Part shown: one piece after another, positions 54,066 to 64,000 of the stretch
Position numbering within the stretch: position 1 is the stretch's first letter
Layout of the letters: each line of letters begins with the position of its first letter
Source of the DNA: Lama glama
Lineage: Eukaryota
Reading direction: 5' to 3'
Length of the DNA: 64,000 bases
Assembly: GCA_028534125.1 (NCBI GenBank)
Contig: CM052817.1
Span: forward strand, 4,218,001-4,282,000
The notes under the pieces: generated by a model
The model's input: only the letters and a program-made list of their open reading frames with translations
The model's database searches: none
Told to the model about the DNA's origin: nothing
Translations under genes and position numbers: made by a program

Positions 54066-54547
54066 GCACTTTCTGCTTGACCTTGCACACATCACCTCAC
54101 CTCCTAGTGGTCAGGTTCTTTGTCTATGAAGTGGAAAGGGGATGTGGATGGGCCCCCTCCTCAGGTCGTGGTGAGAGTTAGACGAGAGAGGATGCCTGAA
54201 AGGGCTTAAGTAACATCGTTTTGGACTCCTGGCGGGTGCCCGATGTGTGCAGCGGTTCTTGTGGTTGTCTTGATACTGATGAATCTTCAAGTCGTTTCTA
54301 ATTTTCATCCGTTAAAATAACCCTGCAAAGAATATCACCCTGCGTTTAGTTCTGAGGCTCAGCAGGGAGCCTGCACTTGGAAGCCAGGCATCCGTGGCTC
54401 TTTTGGGTTTGTGCACCACCCAGGAAATGTGGTCCCAACGGTGGCAGCTCCAGTCTCGGAAGAGGCCAGGCAGGATCTCCACTGGCCTCCGCGGTTGACA
54501 TCAGCCACCCGTCGAGTCTTAAAGCCGCCTGCCCTCTGTCTGTCTGA

Positions 54548-54871
<324 letters not shown>

Positions 54872-55653
54872 TAGGCATCCATGCTTGATGGAGAGCGCCA
54901 GGTCATCGGACAATGGGTCTGCGCCCCTGCTCTGCCATCTACACCCCGGGGTCCTGAAGCTCAGCCTTCATTCTCTCCAAGCCTCAGCTTTCTCATCCGT
55001 GAAATGGGAATGAAAATATCAGTTCTGTGGGGTTATGGAAAGGAGGGAGTGATGTCATAGAAAGTTCTCCCAGAAAACCCATCTCACTGGGGAGGCTCGG
55101 GTTGTGAAAGCCATGAGGACCTTGCTCTAAGTGCTTTGCATAAGGGTCTTTTATTTGCTCCAAAAAGAATAATTGGTCTTTGTGGCCAGGATGGTGTCTT
55201 GTAGTTGATGGTTTAAGGAATGCTCTGAGGTTCACTGTCCAAGGCGGTGTCAGTCATGCCCATTTGATAGCTGAGAAGACTGAGGCTCTGGGAGACAGGA
55301 CGCCCTCCTCCCTGTCTCCTGACAGGTCCAGGTGTTAGTGTGTGTCATTGCCCTGTGTGCTGCGCTCTCCTCCCCGAGCGTCCAAGCTGTCCAGGCTTGG
55401 TGCAGACCTCCACCTCTCCCCTAGAATGCCTGCCCAGCCCTTCCCGTCCGCAGTGCGTACGGTCAGCCGTACCTCGGGCCTGTCTGGTCTACAGCTATCT
55501 GCTCCTCCAGTGTGGGGACAGGTGGCCGCCATCCCTACCTCCATCCTTCCAACTCGTATCCCCAAGCCCATGCTCGTGCCCGGATGTGCATGATGGGTCC
55601 TGGACAAGCGTTGCAGGCGAGCAGCCCTGCAGTGCCCTCTCCCTTGGCTGCAG

Positions 55654-55794
55654 AAGGAGAAGCTGTCAGCCCAGGCATCCCTGAAGCGGCACACTTCCTT
55701 GAACGACCTCAGCCTGACGAGGGACGAGCAGGAGATCGAGTTCCTGCGGCTGCAAGTGCTGGAGCAGCAGCACGTCATTGACGACCTCTCACTG
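55654..55794 (+). CDS. JAKMIP1: JAKMIP1 coding exon 6, KEKLSAQASLKRHTSLNDL...VIDDLSL
   Basis: Acceptor cccttggctgcag|, donor CTG|gtgcgt; 141 nt; translated by hand (not a + strand ORF in the track). Confidence 0.94.
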
Positions 55795-56040
55795 GTGCGT
55801 CTGTGCGGGTGACGGCCCTCAGGGGGCGCCACGCGACACCGGGCTGCAGGGCGATGCTGCAGAAGGGGGCGGGTCTCACGGAGCTCCTCCTGGTGATGGG
55901 CACCGCGCTGCTTTATTCTGCCGGAAAGCGGCTTCCACATCGTTTACTGCTGTGACATCACTGGTACCTGGGAGCAGTTTCCATGGCTACTCTTTTTCTC
56001 AAATCTTATCCCCAGTTTGCTGCCATTAAGAAGCAGCAGC

Positions 56041-56228
56041 ATCGCTTCTCGGCCTTTTGGCTGAGAGCAAGTGTAGTACGGTTCTCACCAATTTAATGTC
56101 TGATATGTCCTCTATTCGAGGGCAGTATATTAAACAGATGTTTGGAGCAGAGAGTTGGAATAGGCGCTGGCTCCACCCACTCCACACATCAGCCTGGTAT
56201 TGCAGTACGTCCAGGAACGGTGCGCCCC
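56041..56228 (+). pseudogene. U2 snRNA retropseudogene (full length, diverged)
   Basis: Starts ATCGCTTCTCGGCCTTTTGGCT, keeps branch-recognition GTAGTA, ends CCTGGTATTGCAGTACGTCCAGGAACGGTGC; Sm site mutated (GATGTTTGG); flanked by direct repeat AGAAGCAGCAG. Confidence 0.93.
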
Positions 56229-56739
56229 CTCTAGGGGAATGATACTGGTGCATTAAAGTAGGTGTGTGTTTAAAGAAACAGAAGCAGCAGTTTTAAGAAA
56301 GAGTCTTCTGACCTGTACAGAGTGAGCATGATCTTTCCCCCAAAAGTCTAATTATTTTTAGCTTAGTTGTTACAGACTGTGAACTCGAGTACCTGAACCT
56401 TATAAGCAGACCAGATTTTGAAGGACTTGCTGAGACTGTGTGTGTGCATGTGTTTGTGTGTGTGAAGATTAAGGGAGGTGTGAATATATTTTAAGTAGGT
56501 GGAGGGTTACATCCAGAGAATTCTGCAGCTCTCTGTGGAATGAGCTTAGGCACCTGTAAGGGAGCATCTGTAGTGAGCTTTAGCTGTGTCTTAGAAGCAG
56601 AGTGTGTTCTTGCCCAAGGGGTTATGTGATGGTTCTATCCGTGGATCTTTAAAAAGTAGAAATGGCAGGGATCAAAATTCTCAAAAAGGCTTTGACCATA
56701 ATTGTCGAATTCACTTTGCTTGACTAGCTCTATTTTTTT

Positions 56740-56900
56740 ACTCCTTCCTTCCATCTTTCCACCCATCCATCTCTCCTCCCTCCCATCCTTTCATCCATTT
56801 TCCCATCCTCCCTCCTTCCCTCCATCCCTCTATCCCTTCTTCCTTCCATCCTGCCTTCATTCCATCCATCCTTCTATCCATCAATCCTTCCATTCATGTT
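56740..56900. repeat. (TCCA/TCCT)n pyrimidine-rich low-complexity tract
   Basis: Direct inspection. Confidence 0.8.
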
Positions 56901-57693
56901 TGCTTCATGACACTAAAGACTTTATGCAGCTTAAGATAAAAAAAACACTCAAAAATGATAAAGTTGAAAGAGGAACAATAAACAGATAAGTCTGGAAAAA
57001 ATAAACATGGCAGCATCAGTCAAGATCAGGAGGGACACTGGGGTGGACCACATGGGCTGCAGCCAAGGAGCAGGTTTGTCTTTGGGTTTCCTGGCAGCCG
57101 AAGAGAACAGGAGCATTTGATTAGAAAGGAGAGAATTGGCTGGTTTTATCTGGGGCAGCATGCTGCCACGCCAGCTACTGCTCTCTAGGTGCCATTTCTA
57201 CTGACAGGAGCCACCAGCTGTCTGCAAGACAAGTTCTAGCCCATATAGCAAGGGAAGAATCTGAGAATCAGAGAAAAAAGATGTGTCACCTGGCCAGGAG
57301 GAGGCCCCAAGAGGATTTGGCCCCAGTTCTGTCTGAGATCAAATCTGCAACCTTTTTCATTTTCTGCTGTGGTCAGTGACAGAGCAGATATCTGGTCAGC
57401 ACTGCTTAAAGCCTTAAAGCTTCCGGCCCCAAAGGCAGATGGGCTGGAGTTTTACAGGACTGGCAGATCTTGGCTTTTTTCTCTGGGATGGTCTAAGCCC
57501 AGTTAATGGTGTGGCTCTGCAGCGATTAGTTCTGAGAAGCAGCTGTCCCTTGGATGCTCAGAACCTGGACTTAGCCCACGCCCAGTGCAGGCAGGCACAG
57601 CAGGGCTGTAAGTCACACCCTCTGAGAGCGCACTGGGTTGGTGGGTGTGATGGGAGGCGAGCTGGAAATGCGAACAGTTGTGTTTCCTTCTAG

Positions 57694-57753
57694 GAGAGAG
57701 AACGGCTCTTGCGCTCCAAACGACAACGTGGGAAGAGCCTGAAGCCACCCAAG
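57694..57753 (+). CDS. JAKMIP1: JAKMIP1 coding exon 7, ERERLLRSKRQRGKSLKPPK
   Basis: Acceptor tgtttccttctag|, donor AAG|gtgagc; 60 nt; basic stretch. Confidence 0.92.
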
Positions 57754-58614
57754 GTGAGCCTGCGGTGCTGCGGCTGCGCTGCTCTGTCTCTGTGCCAGGG
57801 TCTGCAGGGCCAGTGGTCCAGCGGGAGGGGGAGGGGACACCCCCACCGTGGAGGGGCCCTGAAGGCAGAGATACTTGTATCTCCGCGTGTTTGATGGTGA
57901 AAATCCTGTTATTGCCGTCTCTCAAAGCAACATAAATAGCCAGGCCGTGGACTTGGTTCTTGTAATTTATTCATGGAAAACTTAGACAGATGATTTCTGT
58001 TTTTAGGCCACAGGCGCTGCTTGCCCAAAATTAAAACCATAAATACTTAGACCTTTAGAAGGATTTAAAGGACACTTGGTCTTGGTTTATAACATCTTTT
58101 ATCCTGTTTTGAAAAATCAGGAGCTTTTGGTTCTTTTGGAATGATGCAGAGTGCATTCTTTTTGGAAATTGGGGGTTTGCCCATTTTTTTAGAGATAATT
58201 TCCAAATGTCCAGTGAGGAGAGCAGAGCTGGGCTTGGAAAACTCAGATGCCCACAGGGCCCAAGCTGGGATGTAAAAGAGCGAATTGGGGCAGGTAGAAA
58301 AAAGGACTTGGTGTGCATTTAAACCCGTAAACATTTTTCACTTCCACGAAGATGTGGGCCTGTTCTTTTTAGTGAATCAGACGGCCCTATAACCATAGAG
58401 AGATGGTTGTAGAGAAATATTTTTCTTCTGTAAAGAAAATAGCAGTGCAGATGTGATACCGAATGATCACAGACATACGGCTTTGGTGTCAAGGTCACAG
58501 TAGGGAGAGGTGGGGACTGTGGACAACTGAGCCCAGAATATCAGTTGCGACTAGAAAGTGAGCTGGGTGCTGTCGGATATTCCAGTCCTTCGAGAGAAGT
58601 GGAGAGCCCCACGT

Positions 58615-59062
58615 GTTAGTTTCCTGCGGCTTCTGAAACCAAGCACCACAGAATGGGTGGCCTGGAACAGCTGAAATGTGTCATCTCACGGTTTTGGAGT
58701 CTAGAAGTCTAAAATTAAGGTGTTCGCAGCATCATGGTCTGTCTGAACCCTGTAGAAGAATCCTTTCCTACCTCTTCTTAGCTTCTGGTGACTTACTGGC
58801 AATCTTTGGCCTTATCTTTAAGCTGTGTAACTACAGTCTCTGCTTTCCTCGTCACATGCCATTTTCCCTGTGCGTCTCTGTCACTACACGGCCATCTTCT
58901 TCACTGGTCACGTTGGATTAGGGGTCCAACATACTCCAGTATGCCCTCCTATTAACAACTGTTACAGTGACCATATTTGTAAATGATGCCACATTCTAAA
59001 GAATTGGGGGGCTAGGACTCCAACAGATCTTTTTGGGGGAGACTCGGTTTAACCCGTAACAC
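58615..59062 (-). mobile_element. MLT1 solo LTR
   Basis: tgttagtttcctgcggct...ttttggagtctagaagtctaaaattaaggtg...ttggattagggg...taacccgtaaca. Confidence 0.75.
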
Positions 59063-60611
59063 CTTTATGTAAAATCCAAGGATTTTCAGTGTTGGTGAAA
59101 ATGTTTATAGTACACTCTAAATGAGTGAGCCAAATAAAATCGATCTGTGGACCAAATTTGGACACTCGGTTAAATAGCTGTTTTATACCATCTCATTTAA
59201 TCCTCGTAGCAACCCTGTTGAGGTCAGCGTTGCTTTTTCCATTTTGCAGTTACAGGAAGCATATAGATATAAAATACAGAAATGAGTCAAAGAGATAAAG
59301 TAAATTGACAAGGCTGACATCCTAACTGAAGTCTGGGGCTCCAGGGTCCAAACTTGTACGGAGTCAAGTTGAACAAGGCACGGGTCTCTACACGCTGACA
59401 TTAGAGGCTCAGAAATGGGAAGTGGTTTGGCGGAACTTGGTTATTTTTAAATGCTTGTTTTTATTATGGAAGTAAGATAACCACATCATAAGACTATCTG
59501 GGAAATAAGTGGTCCATGGCAGCAGTACCTTCCAGGACAATCAGTCAATCACTGCTGGCATTTTAATGGACTCCTTCCCCCTCCTCCGCCCTGAGTCCTT
59601 GCTCTGCTTCCATTTGTTTTTAATAATGCAACTGTAATTGTGGACTGCACTTTTGCACCCTGGTTTTTTTCACTTAACATTATACTATACAGCATTTATC
59701 TATGTTATGATGCTGTCACCATAAATATTAATTTCTGTGGCTACATAATCCATCGAGTAGATGGGCCATAAATTTGTGCACCATCCTGTGTCTGCTGGGC
59801 GTGTTTGGCTCCACACAGCCATGCATAATGGTGCAGGAAACACGTCTCTGCCGCCACGCACGGCTCTCCACGGGCCGGTCCTGCTGGAGTCCCTGGGCGC
59901 CGGACATTTCAGTCAGTGACCACTCATCCCCTGTTGCTGGACTTCCTGCTTCTATAAGTGTCACCCCAGTGAACTCCTTTTGGCCAGAAAGCTGTGTCCG
60001 TAGTCTGGATCACTCCCATGGATGGATTCCCAGAGGTCAAAATGTGGGTTAGGGGGTGTGGAGGCTTTGATCGAGAACATTCGCTCCCCCCGCCCCCTCA
60101 CTTTGTAGAAGAGTTATGTGATTTCACAGAGTTGCCAGGAACGTACGTGATGCCATTTTTCATCACAAGACATACGTTTAAAAAGCAGCATCTGAAAGTG
60201 TTCGGTCTGTGGCATGAGCTGGACGTGCTGTGGTGTCACATACCCCATAAAGCATCTAAGTGGGGTTTTGGGGAAACCCACTTTTGAGCTGTGACTGTAT
60301 TTTTCAAACCTTTACCAGAACGCCTGGAATAAGAAAAATTGTTTCCCCTCTTCCTGATTTCTGAATGTGTTTATGGGAAGAGGACTTTACAAAGGCCTGG
60401 AAGGGACTTAGGAGCTCCTAGGCTTGAGTGTACAGCGGGCAGGGAGGGAAGGGGCTGTGTCCTACTCCTGTGTCCTGGTCACTGCCTGGCACAGACTAGG
60501 TGGCCTTAAATGGTCGTTGACTGAATAAGCAACTGGGAACATGCACTTGCCTGATCCTGGGTCAGCCCGGAAGGCTGACGATGCTCAGTCACTGTAGTTA
60601 TAATAGTTTGA

Positions 60612-60628
60612 TGCCACTAGAGGGCGGA
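60612..60628 (+). promoter_or_regulatory. Candidate CTCF site
   Basis: TGCCACTAGAGGGCGG, full match to CCASYAGRKGGCRS. Confidence 0.55.
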
Positions 60629-60814
60629 TCCTGGGAACCACTGTGGGAAATTTCCTGGCCTGGCTCAGGGTCTTTCCCACTTACTGTGACCCTCCAGCGT
60701 CTTTCTGTTTCTCAAGATTCAGTGTACAACTGCTCCCCTGTGTTTCTACTTAATCCTGGCTTGCCTGGGGCTGGGTGGGGTGGCTGGGTTCATCGGGCAG
60801 GTGTTCCTTTTAAT

Positions 60815-61345
60815 TCTTATTTTTTAATTGAAGTGTACTCTCTTTACAATGTTAGTTTCAGGTGTAGAGCAAAACAATTCAGTTATATATATACACACAC
60901 ACACACATATACATATACATACATATATATTTTTTCAGTTTCTTTTTCATTACGGCTCATTATAAGAAATTGAACATAGTTCCCTGTGCTACACAGTAGG
61001 TCCTTGTTGTTTATCTGTTTTATATATAGTAATGTGTATCTGTTAATCCCAAACTCCTAATTTATCCCTCTCCTCTCCTTCCCTTTTGGTAACCATAGTT
61101 TGTTTTCTACGTCCATGAGTCTGTTTCTGGTTTGTCAATAAAATTTGTATCTTTTCATTTTAGATTCCACATATAAGTGACATAATATGGTATATATCTT
61201 TCTCTGCCTGGCTTACTTCACTTAGTATGATCATCCCTAGGTCCATCCATGTTGCTGCAAATGGCAGTATCTTGTTCTTCTTTATGGCTGAGTAATATTC
61301 CATTGTGTATATATACGTGTGTGTGTGTGTGTGTATACACACACC
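60815..61345 (-). mobile_element. L1 3' end fragment
   Basis: Minus-strand MEYYSAIKKNKILPFAATWMDLGMIILSEVSQ is the L1 ORF2 C-terminus; 3' UTR follows. Confidence 0.9.
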
Positions 61346-64000
61346 GCATCTACTTTATCATCTGTCATCCGTGGGGCAGGGTTTTCATCCCCCAGGGCTG
61401 CCTCTCAGGCCTGGGCATCTTCCCTTCCCTGTCTCCCACTGACCACAAGGATTCACTACTTTCTTTCTCCCCTTAAATGCCTCTATCTCACTGTCTCTTA
61501 TGCATCTGTGCACTTTGCCACTTTGCCACTTTGCCAGAGTCTTTGCTTGACAGAGTGTCATGGTGAATGCACTGAAGGTTCCAGCATTTCCGGAAGTCTG
61601 ACAGCCGTCCCTGCTGTCTGGCTATGACAAGCCTCCCTGGACTCGGCGGCTCCCCCAGAGGGGCTCCTGCAATTCCACACCCACAGCCCAGCTGCTGCAG
61701 ATGTGCCGAGGGCAGAGCAGGGATGTCAGCCCTCATCTTCCAGGGGGGCCACCACGGCCCCAAGGGCTGCTGAGCTGTTTCAGGGGGCTTCTGGGGACAA
61801 GACTGGTGTTGACTGTCCCTGCTGGGAGACACTACTAGTTCAGCCCCAAGTGGGGGTTGCAGGAGAAGGACCCTGAGTCGTTCCTCAGGCCCTGTCCAGG
61901 GAGAGGGGCTTGCCCTGTGGAAGGTCTGATCAGGACCTAACTGGACACATGGCAGGAGGCGTCGAGTCAGCCATTGGAGCGTGCGGTCTGGCAGCACAGA
62001 GTTGTGTCCTAGGAGACCCTGAGCACACGAGCAACGGCTGAACCTAATATAGTTGGTTCACACGCCTTGAGGGTGGGGCTGGTTTCTTGGGTGAGGCTGG
62101 GAAGCTGTAGCCTGGAGCAGTGTGGCAGTCGGACCCGGCTTCTAGATGTGTGTCCTTGAACTCTGGGAACGTCTGTTTCCTGGTTCTTAGAATGAACATC
62201 ACATCCGTGAGATGAAATGAAGCTTCTGGCTCCACGCCTGCCGTGTAGTCAAGGATCAATCAGTTATAGCTTGCCTTTCTCCCTTCATCTTAAATCAGCA
62301 GCTTTCTTTTGGAGTCCCTGTTAAATGCAGATTCACAGGCCTTGCCCCTCCCTTCCCCCTCCCCTACTCTAATTCATGTACCCTGCTTTTAGAGACAGTA
62401 TCAAGTAGCAGTGAGGTGGCATCTCAGTGCCCTTTAGGTGGCAGCCATCCTTCGAGGGGGGGCTGGGAAACATCCAAGTGCTACCGGAGAATAGACCCTT
62501 CCTTAGGCTCAAGCATCTGTTCTGTGGTCCCCTCTCCCAAATGGACCATGGACCATGGCTCTGCTGTCACCAGGAAGCAGATGACTCCTGAGGAGCTTCT
62601 GGCCGGCCCCTCCTGGCCAGTGGCTCTGGCATCCATTCTGATAGGACACCTGAGGCCTAACCAAACTTGACCCTGTGCCCCCGAGGCCAAGCCTGTAGCC
62701 TAATGGAGGGGAGGACGGGGCGCCGCAGCAGCCCTGGAACAAGCCGGCTGACGTGCCTGGGCCTGGCGGGGTGCCGAGCAGTTTTCATCACGTGCACACC
62801 TTTCCCATATTTCAGTAGCCAAAGGAATCGTTTTTTCTTTCTGATTGTTTCCACTTGACTTTGTTCTTAGACAGCCCCTCCCCAGGGCTCTATTGTCAGC
62901 CTTTGAGCACATGGGAAGGGCCAGATCCTGCCTCATTTGTTCGGGTACCTGCAGCTCCCAGCACAGCGCTCGCCCCACTCGGTGGGGCTCAGTCACACTG
63001 GCGAGGTGAGCTGTTCGTCATCTCAGCCCTGCCGGTCTGCGGGGCTCTGCGTGGCCGCGTGCAGCGGAGGACTTCGGCTGCGTGTTTCATTCCCTGGAAG
63101 TGTCATGAGCTTGTTCCTTTCAGGCTGGGCAGTCACCTGTCACCTGTTCTTCCTCCACAGCCTGGCCAGGTGGGCAGCTGAGCTCCGCACCAGAAGCTCA
63201 CGAGGCCCCAGTCGCTGCTCTGAGTGCCGCCTGCTGGGTTTGTGGGACCCTCTGGTAAAGGACTCGAGAGATTTGGGTTCTGGAGACAGAATATGGGGCC
63301 AATTTCAAAGATGCAGGGCCACACTCGGGCAGCTGAGTAGCACACAGTCTACACTGTCCCGACCTGGGGCAGTGATGCAGGTTGCTGGGCCCTGGGGGCA
63401 GGAGAGAGAGCAGAGCTGGGGCCTGACCTGGCTACAGAGCCTGTCCAGGGCATCTCATCTGGCATAGCAAGGACCACGGGGACATCCAGGCCGCACCCAA
63501 ACACTTAGAAATAGACAGAAAGTGATGGTGGTTCTAGGCACTGTGTTTAAGTGGGACAGGAAACCCCAACACCCAGAGTGAGCATCGGGGGGGGGCTCAG
63601 TCTGGGGTGGGGAGCTGGCTGGAAGGCAGGCCTATAGCTCGTGGCCTCCTGCCTGGTGTTAGGAGGGGACCCCAGACCCAGGGGGGAGGGGATTGAGGCA
63701 CAGGCTCCCTGATTTCAGGCCCACCCTGCTAGGCCTCTGCTTCCTCATCTGTCTCCACCACCTTCCTCTGAGCCCTCATCTGCTGTCCGGGGATCATTGC
63801 CGCAGCTCCCTGGCTGCTCCCCTGCCTCCAGCATCTTCCCTCCTCTCCAGAGCTGTGAGAATGATCTTTTTAAGGCACAAGTCAGACCCTGCCACCTTCT
63901 TCCTAGGAATCTTCCAGTGGCTCCCTATTTCTTGGGGGATGAATTTGGGGCTCCCTGGCCAGGCCCTCAAGGAGATCCAGCCCTGCTCACCTCCTGCCCG

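Noticed and set aside
56041..56228. Functional U2 snRNA gene
   Set aside because: Many substitutions including the Sm site, TSDs present, and no PSE recognised upstream.
57754..64000. Next JAKMIP1 coding exon
   Set aside because: No in-frame acidic continuation with credible splice sites found; it presumably lies beyond the window.

Overview
Mammalian genomic DNA, very probably a camelid (alpaca/camel) because of a vic-1-type tRNA-derived SINE at ~1864-2010. The window holds the 5' part of JAKMIP1 (Janus kinase and microtubule-interacting protein 1, Marlin-1) on the + strand. Seven coding exons (36282-36410, 43582-44076, 50363-50572, 51287-51406, 54554-54700, 55654-55794, 57694-57753) splice via canonical GT-AG sites into an open 434-codon coiled-coil N-terminal region, and the gene continues past the window end. 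The first ~36 kb is probably a long 5' intron; no first exon could be identified. The rest is mostly transposon-derived (L1, MLT1 LTRs, a MER41-like solo LTR, MER5, MIR, L2) plus simple repeats, a U2 snRNA retrocopy and two 500-N gaps. One gap is flanked by a 581-bp near-identical duplication that includes part of a coding exon. I see no evidence for a new multi-gene system. The best leads are regulatory or structural: a recursive-splice-like site at the 495-nt exon, a strong-context uORF, a 3'-extended U2 retrocopy with TSDs, an internally inverted L1, and a candidate intronic promoter. Repeat boundaries and subfamily names were judged by eye and are approximate.
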